A stretch of 64,000 bases of DNA, from positions 672,001 to 736,000 of the forward strand of contig CAXXXF010000015.1 in the NCBI GenBank assembly GCA_963667175.2, read 5' to 3'. Under the pieces are notes generated by a model. That model was given only the letters and a program-made list of their open reading frames with translations. It made no database searches and was not told the DNA's origin. Each line of letters starts with the position of its first letter. The first letter of the stretch is position 1. Origin of the DNA: Candidatus Latescibacterota bacterium (GTDB lineage: Bacteria > Latescibacterota > UBA2968 > GCA-2709665). The translations under genes were made by a program, and so were the position numbers. Shown one piece after another: positions 41,905 through 51,433 of the stretch.

Positions 41905-43097
41905 TCAAGGGTTCCCCTTATTGAACGCACCTTATCACAAAGCAGTCCTGCGGCCTTATGCACATGATCGCAGGTGGTTGTTCGTCCAAAACCCAGTCGC
42001 ACAGTCCCGGCAGCCAGAACATTGGACAATCCAATTGCTCTCAGAGTTTCCGACTCCTTAAGAGATCCTCCGCTGCATGCGGAACCGGTTGCGAGAGCGA
42101 GTTCCGGTAGGGACGCCAACAGAAGATCCGCATCAACGTCTTCGAATGCGATGCTTAAATTATGTGGAATGCGTTCTTCGAGCGATCCATTTACTTGCCA
42201 CCGACTCAAGTCGGCGAGTCCTTCAAGCATGATCTCGGAAAGATACTTGGCGTGTTTAAAGTCACTTTCGAATTGAGCGCGTGCTAAATCACATGCTACA
42301 CCAAAGCCAACACAAATGGCTACCGGAAGCGTGCCCGGTCTGAGGCGGTTTTCCTGGCCACCGCCCGAGGCTTGAGGTCTAGGGATCTCGGCCCCATTTC
42401 GTATGAAGAGGGCTCCAACACCTTGTGGACCGTAAATCTTGTGGGAGGAAATGGAGCCGTACGTCACGGACGATTGATTCAGTTTCAATGATATCTTGCC
42501 GGCAGCCTGGGTCAAATCGCTATGAAACGGCACCCCAGATTCGGCACAGAGCTCAGCCGCCTCGTCAATTGGCTGGATCGTGCCTATTTCATTGTTGACT
42601 GCCATTATTGACACCAGTGCAGGGTTCGATGCAAGTGCCTCTTGAAGGTCTTCGAGGTCGAGTATGCCATCCTCATTAACGTCAAGGCATCGTACGGATC
42701 TCCCGTCTGCCTCGAGGCCGAACGCAGTCTCCATGACGCTGGCGTGCTCTATCGCTGATATGGCAAGTTCGTCGCCAGCGCGCGTTAAGCCGCGTAGAAC
42801 TATATTGGACGACTCTGTCGATCCAGAGGTGAATGTTACCTCACTGTGTTCGCAACCAAGTAGTGCGGCGACTTTATCGCGTGCTTCCTCGACCGCTTCG
42901 GATGCAGTGCGGCCAATGCGGTGCTCAATGGAATGAGCATTCCACGGTCCTGACATCCAGGGTAACATGGCCTCCAACACGTCAGGAGCGAGAGGGGTAG
43001 TGGCCTGAAAATCGAGAAAAATCGTCTCGTTACGCGCCCTTGAAGCAGCTTCAGCGAAGTCTATCGAAGGCGCATTTTCGATTGTAGTCAACTTCAA
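41901..43097 (-). CDS. sspA: Cysteine desulfurase, SspA-like (copy 2)
   Basis: DFQATTP, FTSGSTE, NNEIGTIQ, SSHKIYGP, ATGSAC; overlaps sspB by 4 nt. Confidence 0.87.
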   Translation of the reverse strand: MKLTTIENAPSIDFAEAASRARNETIFLDFQATTPLAPDVLEAMLPWMSGPWNAHSIEHRIGRTASEAVEEARDKVAALLGCEHSEVTFTSGSTESSNIVLRGLTRAGDELAISAIEHASVMETAFGLEADGRSVRCLDVNEDGILDLEDLQEALASNPALVSIMAVNNEIGTIQPIDEAAELCAESGVPFHSDLTQAAGKISLKLNQSSVTYGSISSHKIYGPQGVGALFIRNGAEIPRPQASGGGQENRLRPGTLPVAICVGFGVACDLARAQFESDFKHAKYLSEIMLEGLADLSRWQVNGSLEERIPHNLSIAFEDVDADLLLASLPELALATGSACSGGSLKESETLRAIGLSNVLAAGTVRLGFGRTTTCDHVHKAAGLLCDKVRSIRGTLE

Positions 43098-43230
43098 CCT
43101 CCCATTGTTGTAGCAACGGAAAGTTCAATTGTCTGGCCACTTGTTTCAATCGCAAACTTCGAACGAAGATTGGCGGGGCGGTGCCAGGCGGCGGCGCAGA
43201 GAATATTTGCTGACGCTTTTGTCTTTGCGA

Positions 43231-44568
43231 TCACGCGACGTTCCGCACATCGATTTTGCCGGTTACAGCAGCCGAAATCAACGTCGCACGCAGCTCCTTT
43301 AGACGTTCGATAGCCTCGCGAACTCTGGTAGCGAGCGTGTCAATCTTTGCTGTTTCGTGGTCAAGGAAGGCTGCGATGGCACATTGTTCGTCTAAGGGTG
43401 GGAGAATCACATCCAAACAGGCGAGTTCACTCGGATTTATTGCGGGGTAACTCACGCCGACAGAATGCGCCACGACACGTTCAACAAAATACGGAGCGGA
43501 CGCTACATAGGCAACATATCCGTAGTCCATCTGTCGTGGGCGTAATACCGCGAATCCTGTGGAAACAATGAGGTTTGCATCGGAAGTCTCAATTTGGGCG
43601 ATGGCTCTCAGATAGGTGCGAACTGTGGAGACGATAACGTCACCCTTGCGCACAATGCGGCGAGCTCGAGAAGGTGCGTTCTCAAACACCATCACTTCGG
43701 AATCTGTGATTCCTTGAATGGAATCGACGTTCCCAATATCAACGTATGCAATTTCCATACCTGGGTCGGTAGTTTCGGGCAGGGTTTCGTCGTTTATTGT
43801 TGCAGCATGTTTCAGCCGCTTCACCTCCCAATGCGCGGGTAGCTCGCCTAGCCACTCGACGCCCGACTCCTTCATAGGCGCATCGGGATCGAGGCCCTTC
43901 GTCACGGCGTGGCTGATGAGCGCGGCGCGCTTCTCTTGGAGCAATTCGATCAAACGCTCCTTTTTCTTAACGAGCGCGTCGATCCTGGCCGTCTCACGGT
44001 CCAGAAAGTCCGCGATCGAGCGTTGTTCGGGGAGGGGTGGGAGTGCGAATACTGCGGAACGAACGGAATCACCAGTCAGCCCGAACCTCGTGATGCCGTT
44101 GGCCGAAACGTGAAACTGATCTCGCGGTCCAGTCGCAGCAATCAATCTACTAAGGAACCGACCATCACAATGACCAAATGGCCGTATGTGGGCTAAGTGG
44201 TAACCGCATAAGACACCAGGCAGATCCTCGGAGACTACCGCTGGAACTGCTATGTCCATCCAGGTCTCCGAATCCTTAGTAATTAGGACATCGCCTGACT
44301 GCAGTGAGAAACGACGTACCTGTTCCTTCGTTGCAGTTGCGGGCATGAATTCCAGACTCTCGTCAATGTGCTCATTGTAATAGACATCCACGTAGTTGCA
44401 TAGCTGTACGAAATCTTGCCCTTCCGTGGACTTCTTATCGACGTTGCTCAGCTGAACTGTGGCAAACGACTTTAGCCGGGCCACGTCCCAATGAGCCGGC
44501 ATTTTTCCCAACCACTCGATGCCGGAGTCCTTGTATTCCGGGTAAGGCTGGAGGCGAGTGGGTGTCAT
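43231..44568 (-). CDS. hsdS: Type I restriction enzyme specificity subunit S
   Basis: Two TRDs with KDSGIEWLG.MP.HW / KESGVEWLGELPAHW and PPL.EQ..IA.FLD.ETA.ID; ends AAVTGKIDV. Confidence 0.95.
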   Translation of the reverse strand: MTPTRLQPYPEYKDSGIEWLGKMPAHWDVARLKSFATVQLSNVDKKSTEGQDFVQLCNYVDVYYNEHIDESLEFMPATATKEQVRRFSLQSGDVLITKDSETWMDIAVPAVVSEDLPGVLCGYHLAHIRPFGHCDGRFLSRLIAATGPRDQFHVSANGITRFGLTGDSVRSAVFALPPLPEQRSIADFLDRETARIDALVKKKERLIELLQEKRAALISHAVTKGLDPDAPMKESGVEWLGELPAHWEVKRLKHAATINDETLPETTDPGMEIAYVDIGNVDSIQGITDSEVMVFENAPSRARRIVRKGDVIVSTVRTYLRAIAQIETSDANLIVSTGFAVLRPRQMDYGYVAYVASAPYFVERVVAHSVGVSYPAINPSELACLDVILPPLDEQCAIAAFLDHETAKIDTLATRVREAIERLKELRATLISAAVTGKIDVRNVA

Positions 44569-44695
44569 GGCGGGCTTGAGACCTTTCTACCAGTGGCGCT
44601 CGATTCTCACGGTCATCACGCCATCGCGCAGGGTTGTCGATGATGTCCTGACGAATTCGATTGAGAGCGGCTGCATTCCGTATGGCGTGTTCTTC

Positions 44696-44725
44696 GTAGG
44701 GGCAGGTTTGAAAACCTGCCCCTAC
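44696..44725. repeat. GTAG-family REP palindrome (copy 2)
   Basis: gtaggggcaggtttgaaaacctgcccctac; left flank tccgtatggcgtgttcttc shared with the copy at 58143. Confidence 0.8.
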
Positions 44726-44761
44726 CCGTGTGGCATCGAAAGGCGCGTTCGCGATGGCCTC

Positions 44762-47700
44762 TCAATCCATCTCTTCTCGCAGGTTCCTTCGAGCTTGATC
44801 GAACGGAAGGAAATTCTCGTCGCACCATCGGTTGAGATAGCGGCTCGGATCTTTCGCCAACCCACGGAAGAGCGCAGCCGCCCACTTTGCCCATTCGTCA
44901 TTCTTATTTTTGCCAATCAACGCTCCGAACACGAAATCGGTGGCCTTAAGGGTTTTTGAATCAACGGGAACGTCGGACACGACAATGGGCCGGGCGCTCG
45001 CCCAAAGAGCATTGATGAATTCGGCCCCAAGGGCAGTATGCGACTTAATATCAGCGCCCGTGTGACCTATATAAGTACACAGAGCCTGTAATTTGAACAG
45101 TTCCGGGCTTTCGTCGCGTTCGAACGCAGAAAGTAGGACTTGAACGCGTAGCGAGACATGCCCGTGACGATGCGCTGCGAGGTAAACAACGGCGTCAGAG
45201 TACGCGTTGGGAGACATTGTTGCGTCTTGTACGGCACTCATGAGTACCGCCTGCAACCAGACACTTTTGGTGCCGAACGCCCTCCCGGCCAGTTGACGCA
45301 TCATCAGATCCTCGCAGACCAGCAGTCGTTTCTTTCCGGCCATGACTGCGGGAGCGAATGCATCCTTGGGAGGAAGCCCAACCAGTAATTCGCCCAGATC
45401 CGAAAAATGGTCAGGAAACTCGATCGGTTCCACCTCGCAGGCTTCTTCAATCTTCGCAATCCGTGCCTTGAGTTCCTTCAGTCTTTCAGCGCGTTCGTCC
45501 GCTGTCTCAGTGTATCGTATGAATTCGCCATTTCGATATCCCAGGCTTAAAGAGGTTCCGCCGCCACTGCAAGCAATTCCGGCAGCCATCGCCTTTATAC
45601 GACCCAGCTCAGAAGCCGGGATCGTGAGGGATCCTAAGCGTTCTTTCAGAACCAGGAATATATCGAGAGCTGCTGCATGCCATGCAGTCAGCGCATCGAG
45701 CAAGGCGCCCGAACGTCTATGAACCGTAACCAGTGCAAGTGCTTGTTTTAGTTCCTCTGCCGTCCCGCTACAAGCGCGCAGTTGTAGGCCTGCAGAGTAA
45801 AGATACTGGGCGAAGGCGATTCCGCCGCCTGGCGTATCTCCGGCAGCGACGGCGATGGGTAATCCTTTTTCCAGATATAATTCCGCACGCACTCCTGCAT
45901 CGTGACTCTGACGGCGTACTTGCTCCAAAATGGGCTCGATATCGTCTTCGCGCATTGTCAAAGAGGCAAATCCCCGTGCGTCCGGAAACATCTGACCGAA
46001 ATTCTGGGTGAGGTGATAGAAAGCCTGCAACCAGATCGGCTTTACTTCCGATACGGCCCATATTTTCGTTTGACCCATGGGGTTGGCGTATTCGAACACG
46101 TCATCGACCTTTAACCCAAGGGACCTGGCGATGAAGGGATTCGATGGATCGATTTTCTGGCCCCAGGGCCTATCTGCCGATTCGCCGACCAATGCTTCGA
46201 AGCTATCTCCATTGCTTTCGGACAGGCGAACCCAGACACCTGTCGCAACCTTTCCGCCAAAACTGTGGTCCTGCCGGTCCCAAGTAGAATTCAGGACGAG
46301 CCCGAGGTATTTCAGGACTATGTTGGGATCGTCAAGACCACAAATAAGGGCCTCATACCCCAAATTGAGTGCTCGTTCACGATAACCAAACCGAGCAATC
46401 ACATGGCTGAATTCTATGCGCTCAAGGTGCGACCCGGGCAATGCGTCTACGCCGTCACGCTTGAGGAGAGCGACAACGGAAATCCGGTCGCCAATCACAA
46501 CAAGTGTACGGATTAAATACAAGAGATTTTCGAGACAGGGCTCTTTCTCAAAAGCGATTGAAAAGTGGTCAACCGCGTCTTGGGGGAAGCCACGGTTGAA
46601 GTGACAAACCCCCTCCAGTCGCTGGAAGTACGCGAGGCCGCGCAGCTCGGGGGCAAGCCCCTCGAAAAATCGTGTCGCGCGATGGCGTATCGGGACATTA
46701 TAGACAAGCGCGTGAGCCAGCATCCGTAACTCTTCGCTAGCGCGATCCAAGCGCACATGTCCGTCCAATGTATCAGCGGCGAGATTGAACTCCTGGCGCG
46801 CCATTGCTTCTGCGGCAAAACGTCGACGACAAGCGGGACCGTTGTCACCGTTTGCGAATGCCGTAGAAGCAGCTTTGAAAAAGGCGTTCGAAAGATCGTC
46901 CAATTCGTTAAGGCGAGCGATCTGTGCCAGCAATGACAACGCGCGTGTGTCTCCCTTGTATTTGGACTCCTCTCCCTCAAGGATTGACGGTCGTTCTTCC
47001 TTAGCCGCGAGCTCTACTCTCGCGAGCGTGCGAGTCGCGCGGGCAAGATCCCGTTCCGATTCGGGGAAGGTCTCCAGATGGTCGTCAACAATCTGCACGA
47101 CCGTATTCCAATCCTCCAAAGTCACATGGATGTTCAGCTGCAGTGTCGCGGTCTGCGCATTGATTTCTATCCCTGAAATCACATCTAGTGCCTTCCGGGC
47201 CTCGCCTTCCTCCATTAATATAACGCCAACGTGTTCCTTGATTGTGCCGTCGTCAGGGAAGCGCTCAAGTGCCTCCTTAGCGGTCTTGGCGGCCTCTTCG
47301 TTCCTACCCCGTAGGCGATAAGCTACCATAAGGTTTAGCGCAACGGAGGCTTGGGCCCCTCGGCGATGCGCTTTGCGATCTCGAATTTCAGGCCATCGGG
47401 TTTCGTATATCTCGATAGCTTTGTCAACATCAGTCAGTGCGCTGTCATTGAGAACGTGGCTCCGGACAAATCTATCGTCAGCAATTGCGCGGGAAAGAAG
47501 AGCGCAGGCGTAGAGTTCGTTCAACTCCACGTTTTCAGGGTTGCTGTTATGCGCTCCAATCGCAGCGTTCCACCACGCGTCAGGCGCGCCACGTTCCATT
47601 AACCAGGCAACGTTGGCTTCGACAACCTGAGGAGTGTTTTTGACCGTATCGGGAACATGTTTCATCGGATCGACTATTGTTTCGTCGTTCTTAAGGCCAC

Positions 47701-48664
47701 GGACGTAGTACGCTGCGAGAGCGGCATTGTTCGGATTCTCCGATAGTTTGCGCTCCGCGAATACCTTGAGGCTTTGCCAATCCTCCCTGATAAGAAATCC
47801 AAACGCCTTGTTGGCGATCGCTTTCGGATCGTCCGGAGAGAGTTCCCACGCCGCGATAAATGCGGTCGCGGCTTCCTGTTCATCCCCGAGTTCGAAATGG
47901 CACGTGGCGATATCCGTAGCCACCTCGAATCGAATATGATTGGGGACGTCTTCATCAGGTCTCGGCTGAAGCTCTAAGAGCGACCTACGTGCCGCGTCAG
48001 GATTGGTGTGCAATATTGCCCTGATGGCATTGAGAAGGTGCTTGTATCCCAACAGAATTGCTGCTTCGGACAGTCCCACCTGAGTTGCTCTAGGTGCAGC
48101 CAGATTGTCACTTACAACAAACTTAGTGATTGTCCGCGTATCAATTTTCTCATGTAGGTCTTCTATTCTCTGTTGCATGCGGTCAATGTGCACTGTATAG
48201 GAACGATCGAACGCTTTTTCTGCTTTGGGATGGCGGCGAATTTCACGCTGCAGGCTATCCCAACCGAAGACGCGAATCTTAAGTTTTCGACCGTGGCTTT
48301 CTTTTATTTCTGCGTACAATTCAGACGCGAGGTTCTGAAGACGAACGTCATCGGCAGCGGTGGTTGCAACAATGTACTCCGTTAAAGGTCGTTCAAAAGT
48401 CAACGCCTTCTCCACCTCTTTCCTGACTTCATCTTCGCCAAGCGTTCGCCCTTCGCCTCGGAGTTTGCATTGGATTCCGACGGGTTGTTCGGGGTCACCA
48501 TCACGGTAGCCGAGTATATCGACACCGTGTTGGCGTTGGCCACGGCGGCCATAAATCTGAGCTGTAGGATCGTTCAGAACACAACGCCACAAGACTTCGT
48601 TGCACCGCTCGAAGACTTGCTCGTCGGTAGGCTTGCGAATCTGTATCGCGCCGAATTCGGACAT
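44762..48664 (-). CDS. Large defence protein: N-terminal PD-(D/E)xK/Mrr-like nuclease, TPR repeats, GreA/B C-terminal-like domain, PIN domain
   Basis: YGRRGQRQHGVDI...GIQCK; helical TPR-like region; SNPFIARSLGLKVDD; LLDALT...LVCED; probable ATG 48664. Confidence 0.72.
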   Translation of the reverse strand: MSEFGAIQIRKPTDEQVFERCNEVLWRCVLNDPTAQIYGRRGQRQHGVDILGYRDGDPEQPVGIQCKLRGEGRTLGEDEVRKEVEKALTFERPLTEYIVATTAADDVRLQNLASELYAEIKESHGRKLKIRVFGWDSLQREIRRHPKAEKAFDRSYTVHIDRMQQRIEDLHEKIDTRTITKFVVSDNLAAPRATQVGLSEAAILLGYKHLLNAIRAILHTNPDAARRSLLELQPRPDEDVPNHIRFEVATDIATCHFELGDEQEAATAFIAAWELSPDDPKAIANKAFGFLIREDWQSLKVFAERKLSENPNNAALAAYYVRGLKNDETIVDPMKHVPDTVKNTPQVVEANVAWLMERGAPDAWWNAAIGAHNSNPENVELNELYACALLSRAIADDRFVRSHVLNDSALTDVDKAIEIYETRWPEIRDRKAHRRGAQASVALNLMVAYRLRGRNEEAAKTAKEALERFPDDGTIKEHVGVILMEEGEARKALDVISGIEINAQTATLQLNIHVTLEDWNTVVQIVDDHLETFPESERDLARATRTLARVELAAKEERPSILEGEESKYKGDTRALSLLAQIARLNELDDLSNAFFKAASTAFANGDNGPACRRRFAAEAMARQEFNLAADTLDGHVRLDRASEELRMLAHALVYNVPIRHRATRFFEGLAPELRGLAYFQRLEGVCHFNRGFPQDAVDHFSIAFEKEPCLENLLYLIRTLVVIGDRISVVALLKRDGVDALPGSHLERIEFSHVIARFGYRERALNLGYEALICGLDDPNIVLKYLGLVLNSTWDRQDHSFGGKVATGVWVRLSESNGDSFEALVGESADRPWGQKIDPSNPFIARSLGLKVDDVFEYANPMGQTKIWAVSEVKPIWLQAFYHLTQNFGQMFPDARGFASLTMREDDIEPILEQVRRQSHDAGVRAELYLEKGLPIAVAAGDTPGGGIAFAQYLYSAGLQLRACSGTAEELKQALALVTVHRRSGALLDALTAWHAAALDIFLVLKERLGSLTIPASELGRIKAMAAGIACSGGGTSLSLGYRNGEFIRYTETADERAERLKELKARIAKIEEACEVEPIEFPDHFSDLGELLVGLPPKDAFAPAVMAGKKRLLVCEDLMMRQLAGRAFGTKSVWLQAVLMSAVQDATMSPNAYSDAVVYLAAHRHGHVSLRVQVLLSAFERDESPELFKLQALCTYIGHTGADIKSHTALGAEFINALWASARPIVVSDVPVDSKTLKATDFVFGALIGKNKNDEWAKWAAALFRGLAKDPSRYLNRWCDENFLPFDQARRNLREEMD

Positions 48665-48731
48665 GAAGGTCGACCTTGATGATATTGTCGTCTTGTACAG
48701 TTCGTCTGGTACAGAGCCCGGAATGACGCTA

Positions 48732-48763
48732 AATGTCGGCACTTAGATATATCTGCCGACATT
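48732..48763. promoter_or_regulatory. AbiEi-type operator inverted repeat (copy 3)
   Basis: aatgtcggca-N12-tgccgacatt. Confidence 0.7.
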
Positions 48764-48820
48764 CGCATACGGCCCTGTTTCAGCCGGAAGCGGAGCGACC
48801 CTGTATTCCGTCATACATGC

Positions 48821-49744
48821 CTATTCGTATCTCCACGGTCCGCCCGCCTTCCAACTCCCATGGAAACCACTTCTGCGCGCCAACGCATCCCACGGTTCTC
48901 TGAAAAACGACATAAGACGGTCGCCCAAAGAACTGAAATCTGCGGGCGCACCCAAAAGCGCGTTCCGTTCCACATAGGTACGCCACTGTCCGGCATGTTC
49001 GGCGTCAGCGTAAAAACGGGGAGTCATAGCAACAGGGAGAGTCTGTGAGAATGAGGTACGGCGTCGATCGAAAGTCGCACGCATAGCTCTTACGAGTTGA
49101 TCGCCCTCAAAAGAGAATTGCTTTACCAGGGTATAAAGATCGTAAAAGTCCTTGTTGCGGCTGTTTCTTTCGCCGAGCACGACCATCGCATGAAGCTTTT
49201 CCGCAACGACGGCCTCCCGAGGGTAGACTCGGATATCCGGACTGGGATTGTCGAGCAAGGTCTTGTAAAGAGTGTCCTTGGGAGGCGGTTCGACGGCATT
49301 TCCAAAGCCAATGTCGATCTGCATATTTACGCGTGCGTTATCCAATGTCGCGTTGAAACGCACACGGAGACTGTCATACATGTCCTGATCGCGAATGGTT
49401 TCGATCTCGATGTTGTTAAAGTCGAAGGCAACTCCGTCTTCGTCAACCGGAGTCTGACAGATTTCCTGGATTGAGGACTTAACGTCGCCAAACAACGAAC
49501 TGCCGTAGCCCGTGAAATCGAGGTCGCGTGTCGGTCGGTAGACTGCTTCGCCCCAATGGACAAGGAGCATGGCGCCCTTCAAGATATAGCGATTACGATG
49601 CGGTGACTCTCCAAGTCGATAGAGGAATCGCTCTGCCGCGTATCGCTCCAGCAGGAACTGAAAATCCTCACCAGTTTGGCGACTCCGGTTCAGCAGCCTT
49701 GCACGTACGGATGCGCCGACATTGCGGGGTTTTTCGCGTGTCAT
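48821..49744 (-). CDS. AbiEii nucleotidyltransferase toxin (type IV TA), pair 2
   Basis: LKGA, RPTRDLD, IDIGFG, AEKLHAM, NSRNKDFYD. Confidence 0.92.
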   Translation of the reverse strand: MTREKPRNVGASVRARLLNRSRQTGEDFQFLLERYAAERFLYRLGESPHRNRYILKGAMLLVHWGEAVYRPTRDLDFTGYGSSLFGDVKSSIQEICQTPVDEDGVAFDFNNIEIETIRDQDMYDSLRVRFNATLDNARVNMQIDIGFGNAVEPPPKDTLYKTLLDNPSPDIRVYPREAVVAEKLHAMVVLGERNSRNKDFYDLYTLVKQFSFEGDQLVRAMRATFDRRRTSFSQTLPVAMTPRFYADAEHAGQWRTYVERNALLGAPADFSSLGDRLMSFFREPWDALARRSGFHGSWKAGGPWRYE

Positions 49745-50334
49745 AGATGAAGCGCCTTCAGGTAGATCCGCATAACCGTCTGCGCGCGGCAGACTTCAGC
49801 GGCACGCACAATCTCATCCACGGTCGCTGAACGCGATCGCAGCGCATCGTCAAGCGCCTCAAGCGCTATATCGAGTCCGAGTTTGTTGCGATAGCGGAAA
49901 CAATCGACAACGGTTCGGGCTGGCGAAGTGATGCGAAAGGGCACCCCAAGCGCAGACTGGAGGGTTACGCCATAGGTTAGCATCGGGCCGGAAAAACGCA
50001 CTATACGTACCCGGGCGGGCGGGTGTGTGGGTTTGCGGGCCTTTCGGTCCACAGCGATCCAGACCGCATGGGGAGACTGTGTACCGATATCATGGTAGCG
50101 AAGCGCCGTGAGCAGGCACATGATGGCGTTCGGAATCGCAGCAGCTACCATGGCGATCGTCTCTGCCTCTGTTGATTCCACCTCGGAAAGCCGATAAAGG
50201 CCGTTTCCCATATTGTCGACGAGTCCTTCAGCCACAAGACCCATGAGTCTTCGATGTGAGATCCCGAAACGGACAAGGTCTCTAGGTCGAAAATAGGCAC
50301 CTATGCCGGCTTTCTGTAGTTGAGCGATATCCAT
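49741..50334 (-). CDS. AbiEi antitoxin, pair 2
   Basis: GLYRL, CLLTAL.YH.IGTQ, TSPARTVVDCFRYRNK. Confidence 0.9.
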   Translation of the reverse strand: MDIAQLQKAGIGAYFRPRDLVRFGISHRRLMGLVAEGLVDNMGNGLYRLSEVESTEAETIAMVAAAIPNAIMCLLTALRYHDIGTQSPHAVWIAVDRKARKPTHPPARVRIVRFSGPMLTYGVTLQSALGVPFRITSPARTVVDCFRYRNKLGLDIALEALDDALRSRSATVDEIVRAAEVCRAQTVMRIYLKALHL

Positions 50335-50361
50335 AAGTCAACCGCTTGCGAAGCGAATTTA

Positions 50362-50393
50362 AATGTCGGCACTTAAACATAACTGACGACATT
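50362..50393. promoter_or_regulatory. AbiEi-type operator inverted repeat (copy 2)
   Basis: aatgtcggca-N12-tgacgacatt upstream of abiEi. Confidence 0.7.
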
Positions 50394-50479
50394 TAATGCT
50401 GATTGTCGATCCTGTTTGCACACCCAACGACGTATCCGTGCGCCGAGTCGCGCCGTCACAGTGCCAATAAATGATGGTG

Positions 50480-51433
50480 TTAAACTCGGTCTGTGCTCTC
50501 ACCTCTCTTGGCCGAGACTAGCCGCCAGGGTCCACCAGCGGGCCAACAGAGGTCGAACGAAGTGTCCCTTAGGACGCTTTCACGGATAGGCTCGAGAAAT
50601 CTCCGCAAGCGCGCACCTACTGTTTCGAATGACTCGGGCGGCGGTGTCAGGAGCCCCATCTCAGTCCGATAGTTGCGCCACAGCGTGTTCTGGTCAGTAT
50701 CCGAGTAGAAATCCGAAGTGAGAGCAACGGGAGTCCGGGAATTCAGATCCGTGCCACGCCGATGGAAACAGTCGCGGACGGCCATGCGGAGTTCTCTGCC
50801 GTCAAAGAAAAACCGATCCGATAGAGCCCAGATGTCATGGAAGTCTTTCATGCGGCTATTGCGCTGTCCAAATCGCACCATGGCTTCGAACTTCTCGGCG
50901 ACGCTTGTCGACAGTGGATAAACCAGGAGAGAGGGTTCGGGGACACCGTCTATGAGGGTCTTCAGATTCGCTTGCTCAGCCCCGGAAGTGACGACATCGC
51001 CAAAACCAAAGTCCACCTGAATCAGAACTCTCGCTCTTCCAAGATAACAATTCAGCTTGACGCGCTGGCTCGGGAAAGCTTGCCCCGAACGAATCAATGA
51101 GATTCGCAAGCTATTGACATCGAAGACCAGGCCATCCTCGGGGCAGAGAACGTTGCAGATGGTTTGCATAGTTTCTCGTAAAGACGTTTCGTCAACGCCA
51201 CCGGAGGTCGCTAACAAATCGATATCCCGAGTAGCGCGGTAGGGTTCATCCATCCAAACACCAAGCGAAGTCGCGCCCTTGAGTATGAAACGATCACGTA
51301 CAGGACAGGCTCCGAGGCGATATAGGAATCTTTCGCAGGCATATCGCACGAGCAAGAACTGGAACTCAAAGCCACTTTCCTTTGCCTTATTGTACAGGCG
51401 AGCCCGGATGGACGCCGCGAAATTGGTGATCAC
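50480..51433 (-). CDS. AbiEii nucleotidyltransferase toxin, pair 1
   Basis: LKGA, RATRDID, VDFGFGD, AEKFEAM, NSRMKDFHD. Confidence 0.92.
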   Translation of the reverse strand: MITNFAASIRARLYNKAKESGFEFQFLLVRYACERFLYRLGACPVRDRFILKGATSLGVWMDEPYRATRDIDLLATSGGVDETSLRETMQTICNVLCPEDGLVFDVNSLRISLIRSGQAFPSQRVKLNCYLGRARVLIQVDFGFGDVVTSGAEQANLKTLIDGVPEPSLLVYPLSTSVAEKFEAMVRFGQRNSRMKDFHDIWALSDRFFFDGRELRMAVRDCFHRRGTDLNSRTPVALTSDFYSDTDQNTLWRNYRTEMGLLTPPPESFETVGARLRRFLEPIRESVLRDTSFDLCWPAGGPWRLVSAKRGESTDRV

